64,000 nt of DNA from an uncultured Synergistaceae bacterium (GCA_964543785.1 CAZJAR010000001.1:4909-68908); one strand, 5' to 3'; positions 28,691-39,532 are shown, counted from the stretch's first letter. The notes: a model not told the origin generated them from the sequence alone. Program-made: numbers and translations.

Positions 28691-31144
28691 CTATCCTCTC
28701 CTGTCCGGGAATCCCCGGGGTGAGAAAAAATCTGAGGCGGCGCTCGCTGGCCTGACCTTGAGCATGGCAGCCACAGCACCGTAAAGTTCCGATATCTCAG
28801 CCGAAAAACCCCGGTTGCTGTTAATGATTCTCGCAAACTGATTCTGTACCTCCCAGAGGTTTACGTCCCACTTTCTCTTGCCGAGAAAGTCCAGAAGAGC
28901 ATAAAGCTCCCCGAGGACAGTGCTGTCGCCGGGGGATTCCCCGAGGCCGGCGAGCAGTCTCTCGAGACGGAGGGCCGCTCCATGACGGAGCGAAGGCAAA
29001 TCCAGGGAGATTCCCCAGGTTTCTGCGTCGGCAACCCGCCGCTCCAGGAAGACCAGGTCGAGAGGGACACTCTCCAGGGCTCTTCTGAGATCATCGTTGA
29101 GCACCACTTCAGCTGCACTTCTGAAAGCGTCCGGCGCAGGCATTGAGAGGGCAGCGAGGAAAGACATGACTTCCGAATAATCCCGTACCGTTTCCCTGAG
29201 CATGTCAGTGACAAGGGCAACGTCCTCGGAGATGATAAGGTTGAGAATTCTCCGCTGTTCGTCTTTAAATAGGTGGCGGAGTGAATAGACGTTGTGGCCG
29301 AAGAAATCGACCAGGGCCTGTTCATCTTCGTCCCTCAGTGCGGATTCTATCCTCTCCCGCACTCCGTTTCCGTTTTCCGGTGCCGACTTCCGCGTCACCC
29401 CGCACAGAACATCCCGGCCTCCCCGGTAGAGAGCCGCCACAAAGAGATCAGCTTTTTCGAAGGTTATCCCGGACAGAATTCCGAGATATCCGAGGACATA
29501 CCTGTTGTTTCCGCTGTCCTTTCTTTCGAGGGAGCACCCGGAAATACGGTAGGAGGAAAAGGCACAGCGTTCGGGGGAACAGACCCCCTGTCTCCCGGGA
29601 GAGAAAAGACATGATACCGCGAAATGAGCCCCCGCCCGCAGCAGATCGGCCCGGAGAGGCTCGACAAAGATATCGAATATTCTCCGGCCGTCCCGAAACT
29701 CGGCAATGTTGCTCCTTGCCTCGGCAAGCTTGTTCCTGAACGAATCCCTCACGTCCTCCGGCGGGGAAAAACGCTCCCCAAGTTCCAGGGCCCTCGCCGC
29801 GTAGGCGAGCACCTGAAGGGTCTCTATCCCGGACAGTTCGTCGAAGAACCACCCGCAGCTTGTGTACATGAACATAAGGTTTCTCTCCATCTCGAGGAGA
29901 GTGACCAACCGTGTCATTTCTTCGAAGGAGAGCTTTCTTCCTGACTCTCTTTCGAGAAATTCCCGGATCTTTTCCTCGCTTCTTCCCGGGAGGACAGAAA
30001 CGTACCTGTTTCGGACACCGTAGGGATCAGGGAAGAATTCGGCTCCTTTTTCGGCGAAAAGGGGAGAGAGGCTGTCGCGGAGTCCGTCAAGCGCCTCTCT
30101 CAGCGGATTTCTCCAGCCCTGGCTCCAGCCCGGCCGGGAATGGGCGGAGCACCCGCAGTCGCTCCGCCATCTCTCTACACCGTGGACGCAGCTCCATGAC
30201 GAATTCTCCACAATCCTGACCTCATCGGCCGGGGGATGTTTTTCAAGATATTCTCCAAAGATGGTAAGGTCTGCTTTTCCGCTCATTTCAAGCCGGTCGA
30301 GACAGAACGCAAGAGCCATGTCACCGTACTTGTGGTGATGCCCGAAAGTCTCTCCGTCGGTGGCCACAGAGAGGAGAGGCGATTCAGCCGAAGATGAGGA
30401 AAGGGTCTCCAGGAGCATGGAGGCAAAGGCACTTCCGTTCCGGAGAGCTTCGCCGAAGGCAACCTGCTGGGCGAGTCCCCCGTGATAGAAAAAAAGAACC
30501 ATGTTTTTTCCCGAGGGGAGAGGACACCGGTAGGGGTGAAAAACATTCACACTCTCCCCCGAGACGTCCTTCCAGTTCTCTTCTCCCATGGCTCTCACGG
30601 AAGCGGCCTGCCTGGGGGCGAGAATGGTGAAGGCAATCCCGTTTTCAGCAAGGACCTCCAGGGTTTCCGTGTCAACAGCCGTCTCGGCGAGCCACATGCC
30701 TTCGGGGTCCCGGCCGAAGCGGGACCGGAAGTCCTCGATTCCCCATATGATCTGGGTTTCCTTGTCCCGACGGTTTGCGAGGGGCATAATCATATGATTG
30801 TATACCTGGGCGAGGGCGGGACCATGACCTGAGAATCTCTCGATCCCCAGCCCGTCGGCCCGCAGTACAGCCTCGTATATTTCGGGCCGTTTTCTCTCCA
30901 TCCATGAAAGAAGGGTCGGACCAAAATTAAAGCTGATGCGGGAATAATTGTTGACGATGCTCCGGATCCATCCTTCCTCATCAAGAATCCTCGCAGCCCC
31001 GTTCGGGCCGTAGCATTCCGCGGCAACACGCTCGTTCCAGTCGTGCCATGGTGCAGCCGATTCCTGGATTTCTATGTCCCCGAGCCATGGGTTCTCCCGG
31101 GGAGGCTGGTAAAAATGACCGTGAATGCACACCGAAGAGATCAT
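28691..31144 (-). CDS. Glycoside hydrolase family 57 protein (DUF3536 type)
   Basis: HGHFYQPPRENPW, WLAETAV (nucleophile Glu), ATDGETFGHH (acid/base Asp), MYTSCGWFFD. Confidence 0.88.
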   Translation of the reverse strand: MISSVCIHGHFYQPPRENPWLGDIEIQESAAPWHDWNERVAAECYGPNGAARILDEEGWIRSIVNNYSRISFNFGPTLLSWMERKRPEIYEAVLRADGLGIERFSGHGPALAQVYNHMIMPLANRRDKETQIIWGIEDFRSRFGRDPEGMWLAETAVDTETLEVLAENGIAFTILAPRQAASVRAMGEENWKDVSGESVNVFHPYRCPLPSGKNMVLFFYHGGLAQQVAFGEALRNGSAFASMLLETLSSSSAESPLLSVATDGETFGHHHKYGDMALAFCLDRLEMSGKADLTIFGEYLEKHPPADEVRIVENSSWSCVHGVERWRSDCGCSAHSRPGWSQGWRNPLREALDGLRDSLSPLFAEKGAEFFPDPYGVRNRYVSVLPGRSEEKIREFLERESGRKLSFEEMTRLVTLLEMERNLMFMYTSCGWFFDELSGIETLQVLAYAARALELGERFSPPEDVRDSFRNKLAEARSNIAEFRDGRRIFDIFVEPLRADLLRAGAHFAVSCLFSPGRQGVCSPERCAFSSYRISGCSLERKDSGNNRYVLGYLGILSGITFEKADLFVAALYRGGRDVLCGVTRKSAPENGNGVRERIESALRDEDEQALVDFFGHNVYSLRHLFKDEQRRILNLIISEDVALVTDMLRETVRDYSEVMSFLAALSMPAPDAFRSAAEVVLNDDLRRALESVPLDLVFLERRVADAETWGISLDLPSLRHGAALRLERLLAGLGESPGDSTVLGELYALLDFLGKRKWDVNLWEVQNQFARIINSNRGFSAEISELYGAVAAMLKVRPASAASDFFSPRGFPDRRG

Positions 31145-31252
31145 TGGGACACTCCTCTCCCACATTTCGTTTCCAGCCAATTATATCTCAATATTTTACT
31201 CAGCACCTGACAGCGCAGCAGAAGAGGACTTTCTCCGCTGGTGTAGAATGGG

Positions 31253-32773
31253 ATGATCGATCGGTCATTTCATTTGGAGGTGTTTTTTCTGGACAGAGCA
31301 TGCGGCGTCCTGCTTCCCATCCCGTCCCTTCCAGGCGGTTACGGATCAGGAGACCTTGGAAAGCAGGCCCATGATTTCGTGGAGTATCTGGCCCGTTCAG
31401 GGCAGACTGTCTGGCAGGTTCTTCCTCTTACCCTGACGGACGGCGCCCTCGGCAATTCACCCTACAGCGCCCCCTCCGCTTTCGCGGGCAATCCTCTGTG
31501 CGTTTCTCCGGACGACCTGGTTTCAAGAGGCCTTCTGCTCAGTGACGAGCTTTCCGGGCATCCTCCATTTTCGGAGGACCGCGTCGACTATGGTTCCGCG
31601 AGGGAATTCAGGGAGAAAATCCTGAGGCTCGCCTTTTCCCGTTTTTCCCCGGACGAGGAATACTCGGCATTTCTCAGGGAACAGATGTATTGGCTCGACG
31701 ACTTCGTTCTGTTCTCCGCTCTCAAGGGGGCCTACGGAGGGGCTCCCTGGAACGCATGGCCTGAAGCTGTCAGGGGAAGGGATGAAAACGCCCTGATGGA
31801 AGTCTCCGGAGACCTCCGGTGCGAGCTGGACTATCTCCGGTTCGTCCAGTTTCTTTTTTTCTCCCAGATGAAGAGCCTCCGGGCAAAATGCGACGGGGCA
31901 GGGGTCGAACTCATAGGCGACCTGCCCATCTACGTGAATTACGACAGCGCCGATGTCTGGGCCAACCAGTCCATCTTCAGCCTGAACGATGACCTTCTGC
32001 CTGCAGATGTGGCCGGCGTCCCGCCTGATTATTTCAGCGAGACTGGACAGCTCTGGGGCAACCCCCTCTATAACTGGGAAAAACTGAAGCAGGACAATTT
32101 TTCCTGGTGGATTCAGAGGCTGCGCCATTCCCTCTCCATGTTCAGGACAGTCAGAATAGACCATTTCAGGGGCCTTCTTGCCTACTGGGCTGTTCCCTTC
32201 GGAGACAAAACTGCGGAACGGGGAACCTGGAAGCCGGTTCCCTCCCGGGACTTTTTCGAGACAATCAGGAGAGAAATGTCTTCTCCGTCCTTCCTGGCGG
32301 AAAATCTTGGGGTAATCACCCCGGACGTAACGGAAGCCATGGAGTCCATGGGGTTCCCGGGAATGGCGGTGGCCCTTTTCGCCTTCAGCGGGAGCATGAG
32401 GGACAACCCGCACATCCCCCACAACTACCGGAGAGACCTTGCGGCGTACACAGGAACACACGACAACAATACAATAGAAGGCTGGTTTTCCGAAGACGCG
32501 TCTGAGGATGAACGACGGATGCTCCGGGAGTATGCAGGCCGATCCGTGGACGGAGACAGTGCAGCTGACACTGTCATCCGGCTCGTCCTGTCCTCCGTAG
32601 CAGAACGGGCCGTGGTGCCGCTGCAGGACTACCTGGGACTTGGTTCTGAAGGAAGGATGAACACCCCGTCAATTCCATCGGGAAACTGGGAATGGAAGGC
32701 CCGGCAGGAACACCTCTCAGAGGGGCTCTCCCGAAGGATGGCGAACCTTGCTGGCATCTACGGAAGAAAGTAG
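31253..32773 (+). CDS. malQ: 4-alpha-glucanotransferase (GH77)
   Basis: GDLPIYV, GQLWGNP, RIDHFRG, AENLG, YTGTHDN; the true start may be CTG 31289. Confidence 0.93.
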   Translation: MIDRSFHLEVFFLDRACGVLLPIPSLPGGYGSGDLGKQAHDFVEYLARSGQTVWQVLPLTLTDGALGNSPYSAPSAFAGNPLCVSPDDLVSRGLLLSDELSGHPPFSEDRVDYGSAREFREKILRLAFSRFSPDEEYSAFLREQMYWLDDFVLFSALKGAYGGAPWNAWPEAVRGRDENALMEVSGDLRCELDYLRFVQFLFFSQMKSLRAKCDGAGVELIGDLPIYVNYDSADVWANQSIFSLNDDLLPADVAGVPPDYFSETGQLWGNPLYNWEKLKQDNFSWWIQRLRHSLSMFRTVRIDHFRGLLAYWAVPFGDKTAERGTWKPVPSRDFFETIRREMSSPSFLAENLGVITPDVTEAMESMGFPGMAVALFAFSGSMRDNPHIPHNYRRDLAAYTGTHDNNTIEGWFSEDASEDERRMLREYAGRSVDGDSAADTVIRLVLSSVAERAVVPLQDYLGLGSEGRMNTPSIPSGNWEWKARQEHLSEGLSRRMANLAGIYGRK

Positions 32774-32848
32774 CCTCCCCCCCTCCAAGAAGGGTGAACT
32801 TTCTGGTAATATTAAAACAGAACAAGAGAGGGAGGAATCATTCTCATT

Positions 32849-34585
32849 ATGACATCCATGCACCAGAGAGAACTCGGCAGTTCAATACGGAAACTTATGG
32901 AAAGCGATCCCGCTTTCCGGCCTGTGGCCTACCTTTCCATGGAAATCGGCATAAAGGAATCACTTCCCACCTATTCCGGCGGCCTCGGCATCCTGGCGGG
33001 TGACATCCTGAAAAGTGCGGCGGACCTTGGCGTTCCCATGGTCGGGCTGACCCTGCTCTACCGCAAGGGGTATTTTGAGCAGTCCTTCAATTCCGACGGA
33101 TGGCAGACTGAAAAGCCTGTGCTCTGGCAGCCTGTGCAGGAGCTGACCCTCCTGCCGAACCAGGTGTCCCTGACGCTCCAGAACCGTGAAGTTCATGTCA
33201 GGGTGTGGCAGTACGAGATCATCGGTGCCACAGGGTTCCCTCTGCCGGTGTATTTTCTGGACACCGACTTCGACAACAACCATCCCGACGACAGAAAACT
33301 CACGTGGCACCTCTACGGCGGAGACCAGATATACCGCCTGTGCCAGGAAATGGTCCTCGGGGTCGGAGGGCTTCGGATGCTTCGGGACCTGGGCTACAAG
33401 AACATCGAGACCTTTCACATGAACGAGGGGCATGCGGGTTTTCTCACCCTGGAACTCATGAGGGAGCAGGGGTACTATGACCCCGAGAAGATCAGAGACC
33501 AGGTGATCTTTACCACCCACACCCCCGTTCCGGCGGGGCACGACTTCTTCCGCTTCGACCTCGTGGACAAGGTCATCTCCCAGGAGGCGCTCTCCAACCT
33601 GAAACGCATGCTCCCCAACGCCGACGGCGTTTCAATGACAGAACTGGGCATCAGGTTCAGCCGCTACGTCAACGCTGTTTCAAAAAAACACGCCGAGGTG
33701 AGCAGGAATATGTTCTCCATGCCGGAGATCGACTGGGTCACAAATGGCGTCCACCCCGGAACATGGATCAGCAGCGGCATGAAGCGGCTCTTCAATACCC
33801 ATATCCCCGGATGGGACCGCGATCCCGGCAGACTGGTCCAGGCGGTGAAAATTCCTCAGGATGAGATCTGGACCGCTCACCAGGCATCCAAAATGCGCCT
33901 TCTCGCCGGCATCATGGAGCAGACCGGCCGCCAGCTCGAACCCGACGTTCTCACCATCGGCTTCGCCAGGAGGGCGGCCCAGTATAAAAGAGCCGACCTT
34001 CTGCTGTCCAACATCAAGCGGCTCATGGAGGTCGGGGCGGGGAAGATACAGCTTGTTTTCGCGGGGAAAGCCCATCCCCGGGATGACGGAGGCAAGGCGG
34101 TACTTCAGAGATTGCTCTCGGCATCCCAGAAAGTGGATGAAATGATACCCATCGTCTTCCTGGAAAATTATGACATGGAGAAAGGCGCTCTCATCACCCA
34201 GGGAGTGGATCTCTGGCTCAACACCCCCATCCGTCCCAGGGAGGCCTCGGGCACGAGCGGCATGAAATGCACGCTGAACGGAGTAATGAATTTTTCTGTT
34301 CTCGACGGGTGGTGGATCGAGGGCTGGATCGAGGACGTAACCGGCTGGTCGGTCGGCCCCGAGCCCAGCGAATCGGACATGATGAACTACGACGAGTCTC
34401 TTGACGCAATCGACCTCTACGAAAAACTCGAGAACAAAATAATCCCCACGTACTACCAAAACAGGGAAAAGTGGATTTGGATGATGCAGCGGACCATCGC
34501 CCTGAACGGGAGCTTCTTCAATACCCACAGGGTCGTTCGGGAGTACTGCGAAAAGGCGTACAATATTAGTTTCCGGGGGATGTGA
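32849..34585 (+). CDS. glgP: Alpha-glucan phosphorylase (short type)
   Basis: YSGGLGILAGD, HMNEGH, PLP site EASGTSGMK. Confidence 0.95.
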   Translation: MTSMHQRELGSSIRKLMESDPAFRPVAYLSMEIGIKESLPTYSGGLGILAGDILKSAADLGVPMVGLTLLYRKGYFEQSFNSDGWQTEKPVLWQPVQELTLLPNQVSLTLQNREVHVRVWQYEIIGATGFPLPVYFLDTDFDNNHPDDRKLTWHLYGGDQIYRLCQEMVLGVGGLRMLRDLGYKNIETFHMNEGHAGFLTLELMREQGYYDPEKIRDQVIFTTHTPVPAGHDFFRFDLVDKVISQEALSNLKRMLPNADGVSMTELGIRFSRYVNAVSKKHAEVSRNMFSMPEIDWVTNGVHPGTWISSGMKRLFNTHIPGWDRDPGRLVQAVKIPQDEIWTAHQASKMRLLAGIMEQTGRQLEPDVLTIGFARRAAQYKRADLLLSNIKRLMEVGAGKIQLVFAGKAHPRDDGGKAVLQRLLSASQKVDEMIPIVFLENYDMEKGALITQGVDLWLNTPIRPREASGTSGMKCTLNGVMNFSVLDGWWIEGWIEDVTGWSVGPEPSESDMMNYDESLDAIDLYEKLENKIIPTYYQNREKWIWMMQRTIALNGSFFNTHRVVREYCEKAYNISFRGM

Positions 34586-34617
34586 TACTCATGAGTTCCA
34601 GCCTGGGAGGAAGGACG

Positions 34618-36054
34618 ATGAAGGTACTGCATGTCAGTCCGGAAGCAGTGCCCTTCAGCAAGGTGGGCGGGCTCGGCGACGTAGCGGGATCACTCCCGCC
34701 TGCACTCAGGCAATGGAGTACGGACTGCCGGCTGCTTACGCCGGCCTGGGAGGGTGTGCTTGACAGAGCGAGAGATCTTGGTTTTTCCCTTTCTAGAATT
34801 TCCAGAAAGGTCGAGGCGGTCATCCGATGGAAAATCCACAGAGGAACGGTCTGGAAATGCACGGGCCATGGAACTGTTGCCTATCTTCTGGAAGAGCCGT
34901 CGCTCTTCGGCAGCATGGTCTACCCGCAGGAACTGACTCCGGAGACGGCAGCCCCCTTCCTCTTTCTTTCCCTCGCTGCCCTGGACTTCCCTGCGGCGGC
35001 ACTCTGGAAGCCGGACATCCTTCACTGCCACGACTGGGGAGCCGCTCCCCTTCCTGCCGCGCTTATGTGGCATCTGCACTTCAGGGACTTCAGGGATGAC
35101 TATAAAACAGTCTTTACAATCCACAACCTTGCACACCAGGGACTGCTTCCCCTTGATTCCCTGAAAGACTGGGGAATGGGGGATGACGCCGCCCGTGTCG
35201 ACGGAATGGAGTTTTTCGGCCTGGCAAACCTGCTGAAGGGGGCCCTGGTCGCCTGCGATGCCATTACCACTGTCAGCCCCGGCTATGCGGAGGAAATCAC
35301 GACGGAAGACGGAGGAGAGGGACTCGGAGGCCTGCTGCGGAGCCTTTCCGGCAAGCTCACCGGAATTCTGAACGGCCTTGACGACCGGTACTGGGATCCC
35401 CGGACAGATTCCCTCCTTCCTGAGCGGTATTCCCCCGGAGATCTTTCAGGAAAAGCTGCCTGCAGAAGGAAACTCCTCGAAAGGGCTGGCTGGAAGGACA
35501 ACGGGGGCCCCCTGCTGGTTTCCGTGACAAGGATGGTGGAACAGAAGGGCTTTTCCATCCTTCTGCCCGTGATCGAAAAGCTCTCCGGAATGAACTGCCG
35601 CCTTTTTCTCATCGGATCAGGTCAACAGGAATACGAAGAAGCTGCCGCACAGGCGGCCGCCGCTTTTCCCGATTCGGTCTTCCTGTTCAGGGGATTTGAT
35701 GAAGGCCTTGCCCATCTCAGCTACGGGGGAGGAGATTTCTTCCTCATGCCGTCACGGTTCGAACCCTGCGGCCTCTCCCAGCTCATTGCGCTCCGGTACG
35801 GAACAGTACCGGTCGTTCGGGCTGTCGGCGGATTGCGTGACACCGTTATCGACCATGACGCTCCGGGGGGGAATGGTTTTCTTTTCGAGGAATACACCCC
35901 TGAAGCATTTCTGGACACCCTTTCACAAGCCCTTGAAGTTTTCCGGAACGAGGAAAAAATGAACAGCCTGATCTCAAGGGGCATGAACGCCGATTATTCA
36001 TGGAACCGTTCTGCCCCTCTCTATAAAAAGCTGTACGAATCTCTTCTTCCCTGA
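34618..36054 (+). CDS. glgA: Glycogen synthase
   Basis: KVGGLGDV, HCHDW, TIHNLAHQG, PSRFEPCGLSQ. Confidence 0.95.
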   Translation: MKVLHVSPEAVPFSKVGGLGDVAGSLPPALRQWSTDCRLLTPAWEGVLDRARDLGFSLSRISRKVEAVIRWKIHRGTVWKCTGHGTVAYLLEEPSLFGSMVYPQELTPETAAPFLFLSLAALDFPAAALWKPDILHCHDWGAAPLPAALMWHLHFRDFRDDYKTVFTIHNLAHQGLLPLDSLKDWGMGDDAARVDGMEFFGLANLLKGALVACDAITTVSPGYAEEITTEDGGEGLGGLLRSLSGKLTGILNGLDDRYWDPRTDSLLPERYSPGDLSGKAACRRKLLERAGWKDNGGPLLVSVTRMVEQKGFSILLPVIEKLSGMNCRLFLIGSGQQEYEEAAAQAAAAFPDSVFLFRGFDEGLAHLSYGGGDFFLMPSRFEPCGLSQLIALRYGTVPVVRAVGGLRDTVIDHDAPGGNGFLFEEYTPEAFLDTLSQALEVFRNEEKMNSLISRGMNADYSWNRSAPLYKKLYESLLP

Positions 36055-36126
36055 CGGCAGACCACCCCAGGGAAAACACAAAAGCATCCGAACCGGAATC
36101 CCATACAGCCGAAGGGGGTATGCTCC

Positions 36127-37437
36127 ATGCAAGTTGGCAAGTACGGCCGCACCCTGGGCATCGTCCTGGCGGGAGGCAAAGGCGAACGGCTCATGCCTCT
36201 CACAAAGTACAGGGCAAAACCCGCGGTCCACTTCGCGGCAAAATACAGGATCGTGGACTTTGCGCTCTCAAACCTCGTCAACAGCGGCATTTTTTCAATT
36301 TATGTTCTTGTCCAGTTCAAAAGCCAGTCCCTGAACGAACACATCGAACGGGGCTGGCAGTTCGGCGGAGCCCTTCGGGGCCGCGATTTCTTCATCACCC
36401 TGGTTCCAGCCCAGATGTGGAGAGGTGAGCACTGGTTCCAGGGAACAGCGGATGCTGTCTACCAGAACCTCCACCTCGTAACCCTCTACGACGCCGACCG
36501 GGTGGCAATCTTTGCGGCGGATCATATATACAAGATGGACGTTGACCAGATGCTGGCCTACCACATCAACAACTCAGCCGACATCACGGTAGCAGCCAAC
36601 GTGGTTCCAACCTCGGAGGCATCAGCCTTCGGATGCATAGACACGGACGAAGCCGGACGGATCATCGGGTTTGTGGAAAAACCGGAGAACCCGCCTGAGA
36701 TTCCGGGCAACCCGGGCTTCACCTATGTTTCCATGGGCAACTACATCTTCGAACGGGAGATTCTCGAAGAATCCCTGATCGAGGACGCCAAACTGCCCAC
36801 AAGCCACGACTTCGGGAGGGACATCATCCCGAAGCTTGTGGGAACATCAAGGGTCTTTGCCTACGACTTCTCCACAAATGTACTTCCCGGAAAGGAGACA
36901 TCATCCTTCTGGAGGGAGGACAAGCCCTACTGGAAGGACGTGGGAACCATCCGGGCCTATTGGGACGCCCACATGGACCTCCTGAAACACGACTCGGAGA
37001 TGACGTTCTACAACCCCCAGTGGCCCATACGTACAGTATCATACGCAGATCCCCCGTCCTACGTCTGTCCCGTAAAGGGCTACACCTGCAACGTGCAGAG
37101 CACCCTCACGGCGGAAGGCAGCAGGGTTCTCGGGTCCACAGTTGAATCGTCGGTTCTTTCCCGGAACTGCGTCATCATGCCCGGCTCCTCAGTGGAGGAA
37201 TCAATCATCGGCGAAGGAGTCGTGGTGGGAGAGAACTGCCGTCTCAGAAGAGTCATTATCGACAGCCACAACATCATTCCACCGAACACCGTCATGGGGT
37301 TCGACGAGGAGCATGACAGGGAGCGGTATACCGTTGACCCGGGATCAGGCATCATCGTGGTGGGGATGCCGAAGATGCAGCTCCGCAAATCCATCGAAAA
37401 TCCCAAGGAAGGCTTCGACTGGTCAAGTTTCAGCTGA
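36127..37437 (+). CDS. glgC: Glucose-1-phosphate adenylyltransferase
   Basis: LAGGKGERL, RAKPAV, GTADAV, HDFGRDIIP, C-terminal beta-helix. Confidence 0.95.
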   Translation: MQVGKYGRTLGIVLAGGKGERLMPLTKYRAKPAVHFAAKYRIVDFALSNLVNSGIFSIYVLVQFKSQSLNEHIERGWQFGGALRGRDFFITLVPAQMWRGEHWFQGTADAVYQNLHLVTLYDADRVAIFAADHIYKMDVDQMLAYHINNSADITVAANVVPTSEASAFGCIDTDEAGRIIGFVEKPENPPEIPGNPGFTYVSMGNYIFEREILEESLIEDAKLPTSHDFGRDIIPKLVGTSRVFAYDFSTNVLPGKETSSFWREDKPYWKDVGTIRAYWDAHMDLLKHDSEMTFYNPQWPIRTVSYADPPSYVCPVKGYTCNVQSTLTAEGSRVLGSTVESSVLSRNCVIMPGSSVEESIIGEGVVVGENCRLRRVIIDSHNIIPPNTVMGFDEEHDRERYTVDPGSGIIVVGMPKMQLRKSIENPKEGFDWSSFS

Positions 37438-37451
37438 AGATTGTGAAACAT

Positions 37452-37486
37452 CAGGGGGGAGGCCCGGGCCTCCCCCCTGTGTTTTC
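37452..37486. terminator. Terminator between convergent glgC and the SLC13 gene
   Basis: CAGGGGGGAGGCC-CG-GGCCTCCCCCCTG followed by TGTTTT. Confidence 0.75.
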
Positions 37487-37507
37487 AGATCGGATGGAAA
37501 CAAGACT

Positions 37508-39385
37508 TCACAGGGGCCAGACCAGCAGGAGCATGGGAACGGAGACGACGATGACCAGCAGGTCCGTGGGCAGTCCCATCTTCCAGTAATCGCCGAAGGA
37601 AAAGCCTCCGGGGCCGAGGATGAGCGTGTTGTTCTGGTGTCCTATCGGTGTCAGGAAGGCACAGGAAGCGCCGATTGCAACCGCCATGAGGAAGGGGTCC
37701 GGGTTCACGCCCAGGCCTGCTGCGGCACTGATTGCAATGGGCCCCATGACTGCCGCGGTAGCGGCATTGTTCATGAAGTCAGTAAGAATCATGGTTCCCG
37801 CAAGAATGGCCACAAGCCCGACCTCGGGGTCCCCCCGGGCAACCGAGGCAAGGAGGAAGTTCGCTATGAGGTCTGCGGTTCCAGTATCCGCCAGGGCATC
37901 CGCCAGGGGAAGCATGGCGCCGAGGAGGACAACCACCGACCAGTCCACCGCCGCATACACGGATCCCAGCGGCACGATCCGGAGAAGGACAAAGGCAAGG
38001 GCTCCCGCGGAGAATGAAACTGCTGCGGGAACAACACCGAAGGCAGCAAGAAGAACGGACGCTCCCATGACGAGGGAAGCGGCGAGGGCCTCTCCTTTCT
38101 TTGGAACCCTGATGTCTCTCGAAGCGAGGGGAAGGCAGTCGTACTCCGATGCAAAGGCGGAAAGCGCGTCGGGGGGCCCCTGCACCAGGAGCACATCTCC
38201 CGGGCGGATTGCAGTCGTCCGGAGCCTGGTTACCGACCGGGCGCCTTTCCGCGACAGTGCCAGCAGGTTGATCCCGTACCGCGTGCGGAGGCGAAGCTCT
38301 GTGGCGGAGAGACCCGAAAGGGGTGAACCCGGCAGGGCCACGAGTTCACGTACAAGCATTTCGTCGGATATTTCCCTCTCCTCCCTGTCTTTCTCCTGCT
38401 CCTTTGTACCCCCCCCCGGCCGCCCCGGATTGAACCGGTACATCTCAAAACTCTGTCTCCGTCGCTCCTCAGCCTTCTTTTCTTCCTCTCCGGGGCTGAC
38501 ATCCTCCTCGAGCCTGAGACCGGCCGAAGAAAGGACGGAGGCGAGCGATTCAGGTTCCGCCTCGATCACCAGGATGTCCCCTTCCCTGAGAACATAGCCC
38601 GGATGCGGCGCCACTACGTGAACATTCCCCCTCACCATGCCCACGATCTGGGCGTCAGCGGTGTCCAGCATTGCCTCCACTTCCCTCAGCCTTTTCCCTG
38701 CCGAAGAACTGCCTTCCGGAATTCGGACTTCGCTGAGATAGGCCCCCGTCTCGAAGCCTGATCCTTCCTGGCGCTCCCGCTTCGGGACAAGGCGCCATCC
38801 CAGGAGCCCGACGAAGAGGACCCCGAAGAACGCAATGGCAGCGCCCACTGGCGTGAAGTCGAACATGGAAAAGGCGCCGAGGCCTTCCCGGGCACGAAAG
38901 CCCGAAATGATGAGGTTCGGCGGCGTTCCGATAAGGGTGGTTGTCCCACCGAGGATTGATCCGAAAGCCAGGGGCATGAGGATTTTCCCGGGGGGAAGCC
39001 CCTGCTTCTCCGCAGTCTGAAGAGCAGCGGGCATAAGAAGGGCAAGGGCTCCCACATTGTTCATGAAGCCGGACAGCAACGCGGCAAGCCCTGTCAGGGC
39101 GAGAATGCTCAGTCCCGGGCCCGTTTCGGCTGGAAGTATTTTTCTGGCGAGGGCATCCACAGCTCCCGTGGTCTGGAGCCCCCGGCTCAGGATAAGGACG
39201 GCGATGACAGTGATCACGGCAGGATGGCCGAAGCCTGCGAAAGCACCGTTTCCCGGTATAAGCCCGGAAAAGACTGCGGCGAGAAGGGCTCCCAGAGCCA
39301 CCACGTCATGGCGGAACCTTCCCCACAAAAAGAAAAACATGGTCATGAAAATAATGACTGATATGGAAACCTGGGAAAGGTTCAT
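37508..39385 (-). CDS. SLC13/DASS family permease with TrkA-C domains
   Basis: SGFMNNVG, TLIGTPPNL, two soluble RCK_C-like segments, TPIGHQNN, YWKMGLP. Confidence 0.88.
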   Translation of the reverse strand: MNLSQVSISVIIFMTMFFFLWGRFRHDVVALGALLAAVFSGLIPGNGAFAGFGHPAVITVIAVLILSRGLQTTGAVDALARKILPAETGPGLSILALTGLAALLSGFMNNVGALALLMPAALQTAEKQGLPPGKILMPLAFGSILGGTTTLIGTPPNLIISGFRAREGLGAFSMFDFTPVGAAIAFFGVLFVGLLGWRLVPKRERQEGSGFETGAYLSEVRIPEGSSSAGKRLREVEAMLDTADAQIVGMVRGNVHVVAPHPGYVLREGDILVIEAEPESLASVLSSAGLRLEEDVSPGEEEKKAEERRRQSFEMYRFNPGRPGGGTKEQEKDREEREISDEMLVRELVALPGSPLSGLSATELRLRTRYGINLLALSRKGARSVTRLRTTAIRPGDVLLVQGPPDALSAFASEYDCLPLASRDIRVPKKGEALAASLVMGASVLLAAFGVVPAAVSFSAGALAFVLLRIVPLGSVYAAVDWSVVVLLGAMLPLADALADTGTADLIANFLLASVARGDPEVGLVAILAGTMILTDFMNNAATAAVMGPIAISAAAGLGVNPDPFLMAVAIGASCAFLTPIGHQNNTLILGPGGFSFGDYWKMGLPTDLLVIVVSVPMLLLVWPL

Positions 39386-39500
39386 GCTCTCACTCCGCCC
39401 TTTGCACCGGGTTCCGGAAACGGAACCGTTTTTTCGTATTATAGCTCCTTTCTCTCGTCGGCTGAACATTCCGGGGATTTTCTGCCTAGGGTGCATATAG

Positions 39501-39527
39501 AAAAGGGGGAGGCTTTCGCCTCCCCCT
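39501..39527 (-). terminator. Intrinsic terminator after the AsmA-like gene
   Basis: Minus strand AGGGGGAGGC-GAAA-GCCTCCCCCT followed by Ts. Confidence 0.75.
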
Positions 39528-39532
39528 GTGGT

